Shown in pieces: positions 29,649 through 38,678 of a stretch of 64,000 nucleotides of DNA. The translations under genes and the position numbers were made by a program. The notes beneath the pieces were generated by a model. It did not search any database, was not told the origin of the DNA, and saw nothing but the letters and a program-made list of their open reading frames with translations. This stretch comes from an uncultured Candidatus Saccharimonadales bacterium (GTDB lineage Bacteria; Patescibacteriota; Saccharimonadia; UBA4664): positions 220,697 through 284,696 of the forward strand of contig CAZSRA010000001.1 of NCBI GenBank assembly GCA_964609585.1. Reading direction: 5' to 3'. Position 1 is the first letter of the stretch, and each line of letters begins with the position of its first letter.

Positions 29649-29981
29649 ATGGCGCAAAATGTTACGTTGATCGTGTATCCGGTTTCGGATATGGAAAAAG
29701 CTAAAGAATTTTATGGCACGCTGTTGGGCGTGGAACCGTATGCCGAGAGTCCCTACTATGTTGGGTATAAGGTTGGGGACATGGAAGTGGGGCTCGACCC
29801 TAATTCCAAGGTTGGGCCGATTGCCTACGCGGATGTCACCGATATTAAACATAGCATTGAGAGTATGACCGAGGCTGGCGCTGAAGTGGTAAAAGATCCG
29901 ACCGATGTAGGCGGTGGCTTGATGATTGCTCAGCTAAAGGACGCGAGTGGCAATGTGATTGGGCTTAGACAAAAAGCTTGA
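29649..29981 (+). CDS. VOC-family protein (glyoxalase / bleomycin-resistance fold)
   Basis: About 110 aa with a beta-alpha-beta-beta-beta VOC pattern. Ends with a 4-bp overlap onto the UvrA-like gene. Confidence 0.65.
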   Translation: MAQNVTLIVYPVSDMEKAKEFYGTLLGVEPYAESPYYVGYKVGDMEVGLDPNSKVGPIAYADVTDIKHSIESMTEAGAEVVKDPTDVGGGLMIAQLKDASGNVIGLRQKA

Positions 29982-32206
29982 TGCAAGAATATATCGAAAT
30001 TCGCGGCGCTCGTGAGAACAATCTGAAGGATGTTAGTTTAAAAATCCCAAAGCGTAAAATAACTATCTTTACGGGTGTGTCTGGTTCGGGTAAGTCGAGC
30101 TTGGTGTTTGATACGATTGCAGCTGAGTCGCAGCGGCTTTTGAACGAGAATTTTAGCATGTTTGTGCGGAATTTTTTGCCGCGCATTAGTCAACCAGAAG
30201 CCGACGAAATTAAGAATTTGAGTATGGCGGTGATCGTAGACCAAAAACCGCTCGGTGGTGGTTCGCATTCGACAGTTGGGACGGTCACCGACATTGCAAC
30301 GGCGCTGCGGTTGATGTTTTCGCGCTTTGGCAAGCCGTATGTGGGCTATGCCAATATGTTTTCCTTTAACGATCCGGCGGGGATGTGCCCTAACTGTAAT
30401 GGTATTGGCCAAAAACTGGGTCTTGATATGGACGCGGCTTTTGACAGGAATAAATCGATCAACGAGGGTGGTATTAAGCTATTTGACTACCAGAATGACT
30501 GGTCACTGAAGACCCTCCAGGCTTCGAAGCTATTTGATAATGATAAGAAGCTTGGGGATTTTAGTGCCGAGGAGCTTGAGACGCTGTATCACGTGCCGCC
30601 GACGAAGGTGGACGTGGGCGGTGTGCATTTGACGCTTGAGGGTGTGGTGGATAAATTTGTGCGCAAATATATCAATAATGACCTCAAGACCAAATCCGAG
30701 CGCACGCAAAAGATCATTGGACCGCTGATTACAATGGGGCCTTGCACGTTGTGTCATGGCGGCCGGCTGACCCAGAAGGCGCTTGCTTGCAAGATTGATG
30801 GTTACAATATTGCGCAGCTTAGCGCAATGCAGGTGGATAAGTTGTTTGAGGTAGTAAAAAAGCTTGATACTGCGGAAAATCATGAGCTGGTGAAGACAGT
30901 ACTGGAGCGGCTGTCGCATTTAACCCAGATTGGCCTCGGCTACCTTACGCTCGACCGAATGACGGATACGCTTTCGGGTGGTGAGTCGCAGCGGGTCAAG
31001 ATGGTGAAGCATTTGAATGGTAGTTTGGTGGATGTGATGTATATCTTTGACGAGCCGAGCGTTGGGCTGCATCCGCGCGATGTTCATCGTCTGAACGAGC
31101 TGCTTTGTAAACTGCGCGATCAGGGTAATACGGTGATTGTGGTGGAGCACGATCCAGATGTTATTAAAGTGGCGGATCATGTGGTGGACGTAGGTCCTTT
31201 GGCTGGTGTCCGCGGGGGTGAGATCGTTTTTGAGGGTACGTACGAGCAGCTCTTGAAGGCGCCGACTTTGACGGGCGAGCATCTGAAGGACCGGACGCAA
31301 ATTAAGCATGATTTTCGCAAGGCCACGGGTAAACTCACAATTCGAGATGCCCACATTAATAATTTGCAGCATGTGACCGTGGATGTGCCGACGGGTGTGT
31401 TTACGGTTGTGACTGGAGTGTCCGGTTCGGGTAAGAGCTCGCTCATTCATCAAGTGTTTTTGAAGCAGCATCCGGATGCGATTGTGGTTGATCAGTCGGC
31501 TGTGGGCGCGTCTAGCCGGTCGAATCCGGCGACGTACATTGGCATTATGGATGAGATCCGCAAAGCATTTGCTGCGGCTAGTAAAGTGGATGCAGGGCTC
31601 TTTAGCTTTAACTCTAAAGGGGCGTGTGACAACTGTAAGGGAGCTGGGTTTTTGACCACGAACTTGGGATTTTTGGATGATGCAAAGACTCCGTGTGATG
31701 TTTGCGACGGCAAACGTTTTAAGGACGAAGTACTGACATATAAGTACCAGGGCAAGTCTATTACTGAGGTGCTTGATTTGACTATGGCGGAGGCCAACGA
31801 ATTCTTTGATTTGCCGGGGACGCGGGCGAAATTGCAAGCGTTAAATGATGTGGGTCTTGAATATCTTACGCTGGGTCAGCCGCTGAGTACGCTTTCGGGC
31901 GGCGAATGCCAGCGCATAAAACTCGCCAGTGAGTTGCATAAAAAAGGTAGCGTATACGTGCTGGATGAGCCGACGACGGGCTTGCATATTTCGGACATTG
32001 CGCGACTAAATCAGCTGATTGACCGGCTGGTGGAGGACGGTGGCACGGTGATTACGATTGAGCATAATGTGGATGTGATTGCCCGGGCAGACTGGATCAT
32101 TGATCTTGGTCCCGAGGGTGGGGACAAAGGTGGGAGGATCGTTTTTGAAGGCACTCCGGCCGACTTGATGAACCATAAAGAAGCGCTTATTGCCCAGTAT
32201 CTCTGA
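29978..32206 (+). CDS. UvrA-like ABC ATPase, class II (excinuclease ABC subunit A paralog lacking the UvrB-binding insertion)
   Basis: Two ABC modules: Walker A GVSGSGKSS (twice) and signatures LSGGESQRV / LSGGECQRI; zinc-finger Cys pairs. At 742 aa it is shorter than the roughly 940 aa of canonical UvrA. Confidence 0.8.
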   Translation: MMQEYIEIRGARENNLKDVSLKIPKRKITIFTGVSGSGKSSLVFDTIAAESQRLLNENFSMFVRNFLPRISQPEADEIKNLSMAVIVDQKPLGGGSHSTVGTVTDIATALRLMFSRFGKPYVGYANMFSFNDPAGMCPNCNGIGQKLGLDMDAAFDRNKSINEGGIKLFDYQNDWSLKTLQASKLFDNDKKLGDFSAEELETLYHVPPTKVDVGGVHLTLEGVVDKFVRKYINNDLKTKSERTQKIIGPLITMGPCTLCHGGRLTQKALACKIDGYNIAQLSAMQVDKLFEVVKKLDTAENHELVKTVLERLSHLTQIGLGYLTLDRMTDTLSGGESQRVKMVKHLNGSLVDVMYIFDEPSVGLHPRDVHRLNELLCKLRDQGNTVIVVEHDPDVIKVADHVVDVGPLAGVRGGEIVFEGTYEQLLKAPTLTGEHLKDRTQIKHDFRKATGKLTIRDAHINNLQHVTVDVPTGVFTVVTGVSGSGKSSLIHQVFLKQHPDAIVVDQSAVGASSRSNPATYIGIMDEIRKAFAAASKVDAGLFSFNSKGACDNCKGAGFLTTNLGFLDDAKTPCDVCDGKRFKDEVLTYKYQGKSITEVLDLTMAEANEFFDLPGTRAKLQALNDVGLEYLTLGQPLSTLSGGECQRIKLASELHKKGSVYVLDEPTTGLHISDIARLNQLIDRLVEDGGTVITIEHNVDVIARADWIIDLGPEGGDKGGRIVFEGTPADLMNHKEALIAQYL

Positions 32207-32323
32207 AGAGGCTTTCGGGAGCTTTATACAAGATGCCCACCTTTTAGGAGATGGGGTGTCGATGAACTTTGGTATTATGCCATCAGGAGTAGTAGGAATA
32301 AAGGGGTGTAAGCCAATAGCCGA

Positions 32324-32821
32324 CTAAATTGTTTTTTCCTGGTGCAGGCGTTGTTTTTGAACTTGGTATTCGCGGTAGATAAGCCACATGAGGAAGATGT
32401 CGAAAATGGTGAGCAATGCTATGAATACCGAGTGATCTAGGGCAACCTGGTAGATCTGATAGAGCATAAAAAGGCCTAGGGTGATCATGGAGAAAATGTA
32501 CCCCCAAAGCTGATTGCGCAGGAGCGAGATGACGGCGACGAGCTTAATGATGCCGTGAACGAGTAAATAGGCTACCAAAAACGTAGTGCCGCCGGAGGCT
32601 AGGTGCTGGCCGGTGTGGAAAATGTAGGTTGCAATGAGATCATGCGGATTTTCCTGAAGCTCATCTTGGGTGATGTTGTACGCGAAGGTGCTTAGGAAAT
32701 TGGAGCCGAGGATGAGTATGGCGAGACCGGCGATAGTTTCGGCGACTCCCTCGACACCTTTAATGAGGACGCTGGCTTCGAAGATTTTGTCTAGGACGGA
32801 CTTGGGTTTGAACCAGCTCAT
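32324..32821 (-). CDS. small integral membrane protein (4 TM)
   Basis: Hydrophobic 165-aa ORF with no diagnostic motif. Confidence 0.4.
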   Translation of the reverse strand: MSWFKPKSVLDKIFEASVLIKGVEGVAETIAGLAILILGSNFLSTFAYNITQDELQENPHDLIATYIFHTGQHLASGGTTFLVAYLLVHGIIKLVAVISLLRNQLWGYIFSMITLGLFMLYQIYQVALDHSVFIALLTIFDIFLMWLIYREYQVQKQRLHQEKTI

Positions 32822-33044
32822 AGGCCTTGAAATACTTGTTTATAAGCTTATTTTACAGGGGTTTGCGTTTGATGACGACCTAAGGGTGGAAAAAACCTGC
32901 AAGGGCGAGTATGCTGGCCTCCATGGATACCTACTGCCATGTTGATTAGTCGCACGATTTGTACGTGGTCTGGCTTTGAAGACGGACACCCTTTTCTTTG
33001 AGATTTAGGGTTCGTTTTTTAAATTCAACAAACAAGGACGCAAA

Positions 33045-33704
33045 ATGGTAAAAATTCAACGACTTGATTTATTGGTAGCGCTCTACATTTTTTGTATTGC
33101 GGTGTCGGAGCTCATGGGAGGTAAGACGTTTCCGCTCGGGACGGTGCTTGGCTGGCATTTGAACGCGAGTGTGGCGATTTTGGTAGTGCCGCTAATGTTT
33201 ACGGCGGTGGATGTGGTAGTGGAGGTGTACGGACGGGAGCGAGCGCGGAGCTTGGTAGCGAGCGGATTGATCGTGATTTTCTTACTCCTCGTGTATGCGC
33301 TGCTGGCCACGCATTTGCCGGCCTCGACGCGGTTTAAGGCGACAGAGCCAGCCTATGACAAGATTTTTGAGACGACGGTGCGGATTGCGGCGGCGAGTTT
33401 GACAGCGTTTGCGGTATCGGGCTTTTTGGACGTGTTTGTGTTTAACCGATTGCGGACGGCCTTGAAAGGCAAAGCTTTGTGGCTGCGAAATAATGTGGCG
33501 AATTTTGTATCGCAGTTGTTTGATACGGTGGTGTTTATAAGCTTGGCGTTTTATGTGACGAGCGCATCGTTTGGGTATAATGTGAGCTTTTTGGCCGGGA
33601 TCATTGTCCCCTACTGGCTGCTCAAGTGTGGTATGTCGATTATTGAAACGCCGCTCGTGTATGCGGGCGTGGCTTGGCTGCGCGGCGAAAAGAAGGCGGC
33701 CTAA
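33045..33704 (+). CDS. YhhQ/VUT-family queuosine-precursor transporter-like membrane protein
   Basis: The segment PLMFTAVDVVVEVYG matches the conserved F..D...E.YG core of the YhhQ (DUF165) family; 6 TM helices. Confidence 0.55.
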   Translation: MVKIQRLDLLVALYIFCIAVSELMGGKTFPLGTVLGWHLNASVAILVVPLMFTAVDVVVEVYGRERARSLVASGLIVIFLLLVYALLATHLPASTRFKATEPAYDKIFETTVRIAAASLTAFAVSGFLDVFVFNRLRTALKGKALWLRNNVANFVSQLFDTVVFISLAFYVTSASFGYNVSFLAGIIVPYWLLKCGMSIIETPLVYAGVAWLRGEKKAA

Positions 33705-34393
33705 CGTTGGACCGCACGTACATTGTGGCAAATTTTGTGCAGACGCTCGACGGGAAGATTGCCGGCCCGGGACCGGAGTATTGGCCGATTGGATCGCCGG
33801 CGGATCTCGGGGCTTTGCTTGATCTAAGGGCGCAGTGCGACGTGCTTATTCACGGGCGTCAGACGGCTCTTGGTTTTGCGCATCTGGACCGGCTCAGCTC
33901 GGATGATTTTCAGGCTAGATGGACTGAATCTGGCCATGACAAGGTGTATACGTATATGGTGCTTAGTGCCCATCCGGATAAGCTATTGCTAGACCATGTT
34001 GCGCCGAAGGGCCGAGGGGTACGGGTGGTTTTGGTGACAGTAGAAGGAGCGGATGTGCCAAGTGCGTTGCCGTCGGGGCTCAGTGTGTGGCGCTGCGGAG
34101 ATGGTGAAGTTGATCTCGCGAAACTTAGAGTCATGATGTATGAACATGGTTTTAAACGATGCGCTTTGGAGGCGGGGCCAAGGCTGTTTGGGGCGTTTGT
34201 GCAGGCGAAACTCGTGGATGAATTGTTTTTGACGGTGGCGCCGAAGCTGTTTGGTACGAGTTTTGGTACGCCCACGATGATTAATGGTTTTGTGTTTAAG
34301 GCGGATGCGGTACCACAGCTTGAGCTGGTGTCGTCGAAGGTGGCGGGTGACGAACTGTTTTTGCGCTACCGATTTAAGGAGGTGACATCGTGA
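33674..34393 (+). CDS. RibD C-terminal domain / dihydrofolate-reductase-like reductase
   Basis: IVANFVQTLDGKIAG start typical of RibD_C/DHFR-like proteins. The start is uncertain (ATG 33674 or TTG about 33707). Confidence 0.55.
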   Translation: MAARRKEGGLTLDRTYIVANFVQTLDGKIAGPGPEYWPIGSPADLGALLDLRAQCDVLIHGRQTALGFAHLDRLSSDDFQARWTESGHDKVYTYMVLSAHPDKLLLDHVAPKGRGVRVVLVTVEGADVPSALPSGLSVWRCGDGEVDLAKLRVMMYEHGFKRCALEAGPRLFGAFVQAKLVDELFLTVAPKLFGTSFGTPTMINGFVFKADAVPQLELVSSKVAGDELFLRYRFKEVTS

Positions 34394-35139
34394 AAATTAC
34401 GAGCATTCAAACGGAGGCGATTCGGGCGGGGGCGCTGGGCTTGACCCAATTTGTGGATAAATATGTGACACAGCTGTCCGCCGATTCGATTGTGGCGGTG
34501 TCATCGAAAGTGGTGGCACTGTGTGAAGGCAACGTGGTGAAGGCGGGCACGGTGGACGTGCAAGAATTGGCGAGGCGCGAGGCGCAGTATTATTTGCCGC
34601 CGACGGCGCACTCGCTGGGGTATACGCTTACGGTAAATCGCAACATTTTGGTGTCGAAGGCTGGGATTGATGAGTCGAATGGCGATGGTAATTATGTGTT
34701 GTGGCCGGCCGACCCTCAGGCCAGTGCGAATGCGATTCGTGAACATTTGGTGGCCAAATTTGGCGTGCGTGTGGGCGTAATTCTGACGGACGGTCGGATC
34801 ACGCCGATGCGACGAGGGGTGATTGGCGTGGGGCTAGCGCATAGCGGGTTTGCGGCGCTGCGCGATTATGTGGGAACGCCGGATATTTTTGGTGATTACG
34901 ACCTGAAGTATACGTATTCAAGTTTGCTCGATGGATTGGCTGCGGCGGTGGTGGTGCAGATGGGCGAAGGCGACCAACGTACGCCGATCGCGGTGGTGGA
35001 GGATGTGCCGTTTGTGGAGTTTCAGGAGCGCAATCCGACGGCAGAGGAGCTGGCGATGCTGGCTATGCCGCTCGAAGATGATATTTACGCTGAGATGTTG
35101 AAGGCGATTCCATGGGAGAAGCGGCCGGACCGGGACTAG
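34390..35139 (+). CDS. CofE-like gamma-glutamyl ligase family protein (F420-0:gamma-glutamyl ligase fold)
   Basis: KAGIDESN motif resembling the CofE active-site region. GTG start with AAGGAGGTGA RBS and a GTGA overlap with the upstream gene. Confidence 0.45.
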   Translation: MKITSIQTEAIRAGALGLTQFVDKYVTQLSADSIVAVSSKVVALCEGNVVKAGTVDVQELARREAQYYLPPTAHSLGYTLTVNRNILVSKAGIDESNGDGNYVLWPADPQASANAIREHLVAKFGVRVGVILTDGRITPMRRGVIGVGLAHSGFAALRDYVGTPDIFGDYDLKYTYSSLLDGLAAAVVVQMGEGDQRTPIAVVEDVPFVEFQERNPTAEELAMLAMPLEDDIYAEMLKAIPWEKRPDRD

Positions 35140-36020
35140 AATTGATCGGATTCTTTGAGGGTTTTGGCAAGGGCTGCCGAGAGGGTGCTTGCGCTTGGAC
35201 GGTCGGTATCGCCGAGATCCGCGCCGGCTTGTGCTACGAGATAGGCGCCGGTAGCGAGGCCGGCGGCAGGACGCCTGAGGTTTTGGAGCCAGAAGGTGCC
35301 GAGGGTGCCGTAAAACAGGGCCGGTGTGAGTGATAGCCGGTAGTTTGTGGGGGTGACGATGAGTTTGTGCTCGGCCGCAATGATGATTTCGGTGCCGTAA
35401 ACGGCGTAAGCACAGCTGCTCGCTGTGGCGAGATCCTGAATGATCTCGAGTTTGTTGATGAGGCCGGCGTGAGGGCGGATGTTGATCGGGACTGCGAGCG
35501 CACCGCAGAGTTTGAAAACCTCGGCCATGGTGAGAATGATGAGGACTTTCGGGTTGTCGGTGATCGCAGTGAGATTCTGGCGCAGGGCGATGAGAGCGTC
35601 GTCGAAGACAATGAGTGGGCGAGTAATTTCCCCCACCAGGCGCTCGGTGAGCATGGTGGTGTTGGAGTTGTTTGAGAGGCTAGCACCGATAGCCACGGCG
35701 TCGGCTTCTTCGCTGAGTTCGAGGATGCGGCCTAGGGCTTCGCGACCGAGTGAGCCGGAGGTGCTGGCGGGTGCAAAAGCGACCCCTGGGGCTCCGCCGA
35801 GGAATTTGGCAAGGTTGTCGGGCAAGACGGCAGTGGCTTCGCCGATGCCGGCAGCCATAGCAAACTGGTGAACGGCAGTGGGCAGGCTAAATTCACCGGA
35901 GTGGCCACCGACAATGAGAAGTCTGCCGGCGCCCATACGAGTAATGGGCCGGTTGTAGAGCACCTCTGGGAATAGAAGCGCGTCGCTTTGGCGAGTGAAT
36001 TGCGGTGGGTTTGGGCTCAT
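35136..36020 (-). CDS. YjeF C-terminal-like carbohydrate-kinase-fold protein (possible NAD(P)H-hydrate dehydratase)
   Basis: LLIVGGHSG...AMAAGIGEATAVLP ribokinase-like nucleotide-binding pattern; divergent, so low confidence. Confidence 0.35.
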   Translation of the reverse strand: MSPNPPQFTRQSDALLFPEVLYNRPITRMGAGRLLIVGGHSGEFSLPTAVHQFAMAAGIGEATAVLPDNLAKFLGGAPGVAFAPASTSGSLGREALGRILELSEEADAVAIGASLSNNSNTTMLTERLVGEITRPLIVFDDALIALRQNLTAITDNPKVLIILTMAEVFKLCGALAVPINIRPHAGLINKLEIIQDLATASSCAYAVYGTEIIIAAEHKLIVTPTNYRLSLTPALFYGTLGTFWLQNLRRPAAGLATGAYLVAQAGADLGDTDRPSASTLSAALAKTLKESDQF

Positions 36021-36134
36021 TGATTAAGATTCTACCACTTGGGGATGTTTTGACTTTTGCGAATTACGTATGTGTCGATATTCGACTTATATTTTAGCAT
36101 TGTTTTAGGTCGATTCTAGACATATAGTGCTTTC

Positions 36135-36479
36135 ATGATTATCGATTTGTTCCAAGACGAAACGATTCGGCTCACGATAAAAGAAATTTCGATCTTGTCG
36201 GTACTCGCTCAAGGCCCAACTAACGGCTACGCAATCGCAAAACGCTGCGCAGAAGATAGCGGGAACCTGCGCCCGATGAGCCGGGGAAGTTTGTATCCGG
36301 CGCTTGGGCGGCTCGAACTGGCGCGTCTTATCCAGAAGGTAGTGCGCACGGACGGGACGCCGAATCCAGGTAAGCCGCGGGTGGTGTATGAACTGACGCC
36401 GATTGGTCGCGTAGTGCTTGAATGGAATCTTGATTCGCTAGCCCGGCTGGTGGAGCTAGCACGGGAACGGCTGAGGTGA
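36135..36479 (+). CDS. PadR-family transcriptional regulator
   Basis: Winged-HTH signature GYAIAKR...GSLYPALGRLELARLI...YELTPIGR. Confidence 0.8.
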   Translation: MIIDLFQDETIRLTIKEISILSVLAQGPTNGYAIAKRCAEDSGNLRPMSRGSLYPALGRLELARLIQKVVRTDGTPNPGKPRVVYELTPIGRVVLEWNLDSLARLVELARERLR

Positions 36480-36496
36480 CCTGCTATAGTTGAAGC

Positions 36497-37423
36497 ATGA
36501 AACAATCCCCTATCGTCTCCATTTCGAATTTTCGCATGCAGTTTGGCAATAATGTGGTGATCGATGATCTGTCGTTTGATGTCGAGCCGGGCGAAACATT
36601 TGCATTCTTGGGCTCGAATGGTTCGGGCAAGACGACAACGATTCGCACGCTCCTTGGCATTTTTGAACCAACGGCTGGCACACTTTTGGTGAAGGGTGAA
36701 AAATATGGCCCGCATCTTAGCCCCGTGCTTGGCTACCTACCCGAAGAACGGGGGTTATATAAAAAAGAATCAGTGATGGATACCATGATCTATTTTGGTG
36801 CGCTGCGCCGAATGGATCGAGGCGCGGTGCGCAAGTGGTCGATGGATTATTTGGAGCGAGTGGGGCTTGCGGATAAGGCTCATGAATCGATTGAAAAGTT
36901 GTCGGGTGGTCAACAACAAAAGATTCAGCTGGGGGTGACGATTATGAACAACCCAGAGCTCATGATTTTGGATGAGCCCACCAAAGGGTTTGACCCGGTG
37001 AACCGGCGGCTTCTTATGGATATCGTGGAAGAGCATAGTCGGCGCGGTGCGACGGTGATTTTGGTGACACACCAAATGGAAGAGGTAGAGCGCCTGTGCG
37101 ACCGGGTAATCTTGCTCAAAGATGGTCGGCGGAGATTGTATGGGACCGTGGAAGAGATCCGGAGTGATTATGGTTCGGAAGTGATCGATCTTGAGTTTAG
37201 CGGCGAACTGCCTCATAAATCGACGCATTACCAAGTGCACAAGGCGGGTCGGCATACCGCAGAGCTATCGATGACGGCTGGAGCGACTCCAAAGCAGATC
37301 TTGGCTGAGCTTGTGGCACGCTCTGGACTTGAAATTAGCAAGTTTGAACTGCGCAGGTCATCACTCGACGATATATTCGTGGATATTTATAACGAAGATT
37401 CGAGCGCGAGAAAGGTGGCATGA
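36497..37423 (+). CDS. ABC transporter ATP-binding protein (ABC-2 exporter type)
   Basis: Walker A GSNGSGKTT, signature LSGGQQQK, Walker B ILDEPT. Confidence 0.85.
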   Translation: MKQSPIVSISNFRMQFGNNVVIDDLSFDVEPGETFAFLGSNGSGKTTTIRTLLGIFEPTAGTLLVKGEKYGPHLSPVLGYLPEERGLYKKESVMDTMIYFGALRRMDRGAVRKWSMDYLERVGLADKAHESIEKLSGGQQQKIQLGVTIMNNPELMILDEPTKGFDPVNRRLLMDIVEEHSRRGATVILVTHQMEEVERLCDRVILLKDGRRRLYGTVEEIRSDYGSEVIDLEFSGELPHKSTHYQVHKAGRHTAELSMTAGATPKQILAELVARSGLEISKFELRRSSLDDIFVDIYNEDSSARKVA

Positions 37424-38634
37424 CTATGTTGGGAACGGTATTTAATTTTGAATTCGTGCGAACGCTTAGGAAGCGAAGTTTTTGGTTGCGCACTCTAGCT
37501 ATTCCGGCCTTGATAGCGGGGGTGCTGGCGCTATCGGTATTTTCGAGCAAGGCTTCGAAACAAGCGGATGATCAGGCTAAGCAAAGTCATTTTTCAATAG
37601 TGGTTTTGGACGAATCTGGGCTCGTGAGCCCTGGGGTATTGAAGGCCGTGGAGGCTAGAACGGTCGGAAGCCGGGATATGGGTATTGCACAGGCCAAGAG
37701 TGGACAAGTAGACGCCTTTTTCTATTATCCGACGAATCCGTCGAAGCAGCCGGTGGAAGTCTACGCCAAAGATGATGGGCTTGTGAACAACGGTAAGTAT
37801 CAAGCGGTGGCGGCGCAGTTGATTCAGGCGAGCTTAGTGCAAGCTGTTGGCGGAGGTGCTCGGGCGGCGCTGCTTCAATCGGGACCAGAATTTACGGTTA
37901 CGACGTATAAAGATGGTCAGGAAACGAAGGGTTTTGGGCGAGCTGTGGTACCGGGTTTGTTTTTGGTGTTGTTCTACGCGGTAATTGTGCTGCTTGGAAA
38001 CCAAATGCTTACGAGCACCACTGAGGAAAAGGAGAACCGGGTGATCGAGATGATGCTAACGGCGGTATCGGCTCGTACGATCATTGTGGGTAAGATTTTG
38101 GCTTTGATTGCGCTGGGGGTCATCCAGATCATGGCTATTTTGGTGCCGATTTTGGTAGCTTACTTTGGATTTCGGTCGCAGCTACATATTCAGCAACTCG
38201 ATCTTAGTACGTTGAGCTTTGCGCCGATGCCGATCCTTGCGGGAGCGGCGATTTTTGTGGGTGGTTTTATGTTGTTTACGGCGCTTTTGGTCGCGATTGG
38301 TTCGGCAGTGCCGACGGCGAAAGAGGCCGGCGCATTCTTTGGCTTTACGATGATTCTGATATTTATTCCGTTTTACGCGCTGGAGCTGATTATCTCTTCG
38401 CCTGATCAATTAATCGTAAGGGTGATGTCGTTTTTCCCCTTGACGGCACCGATTACGCTAATGCTGCGTAATGCAGTCGGTAATTTGAGTGTGACCGATA
38501 CGGTGTTGGGTGTGGCGATTTTGCTGGTTTCGGGTGGTGTTCTGATGGCTCTTGCCATTCGGATTTTTCGCTTTGGATCGCTTGAATACGCTCGCAAGCT
38601 GGGGCTAAAAGAGATTTTGACACGGCGAGTCTAA
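37420..38634 (+). CDS. ABC-2 family transporter permease
   Basis: N-terminal TM helix, a large extracytoplasmic loop, then 5 TM helices; translationally coupled to the ATPase. Confidence 0.7.
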   Translation: MTMLGTVFNFEFVRTLRKRSFWLRTLAIPALIAGVLALSVFSSKASKQADDQAKQSHFSIVVLDESGLVSPGVLKAVEARTVGSRDMGIAQAKSGQVDAFFYYPTNPSKQPVEVYAKDDGLVNNGKYQAVAAQLIQASLVQAVGGGARAALLQSGPEFTVTTYKDGQETKGFGRAVVPGLFLVLFYAVIVLLGNQMLTSTTEEKENRVIEMMLTAVSARTIIVGKILALIALGVIQIMAILVPILVAYFGFRSQLHIQQLDLSTLSFAPMPILAGAAIFVGGFMLFTALLVAIGSAVPTAKEAGAFFGFTMILIFIPFYALELIISSPDQLIVRVMSFFPLTAPITLMLRNAVGNLSVTDTVLGVAILLVSGGVLMALAIRIFRFGSLEYARKLGLKEILTRRV

Positions 38635-38678
38635 AGCCTTAGTTCCAATAAGCTTATGGTTAGTAGTATGATGGAGTC

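Noticed and set aside
30530-31837. Long antisense ORFs (129 and 305 aa, - strand) inside the UvrA-like gene
   Set aside because: They are His/Arg-rich low-complexity translations of the opposite strand of a well-supported ABC ATPase gene and have no RBS or motifs. They are artefacts of the G/T-rich strand.
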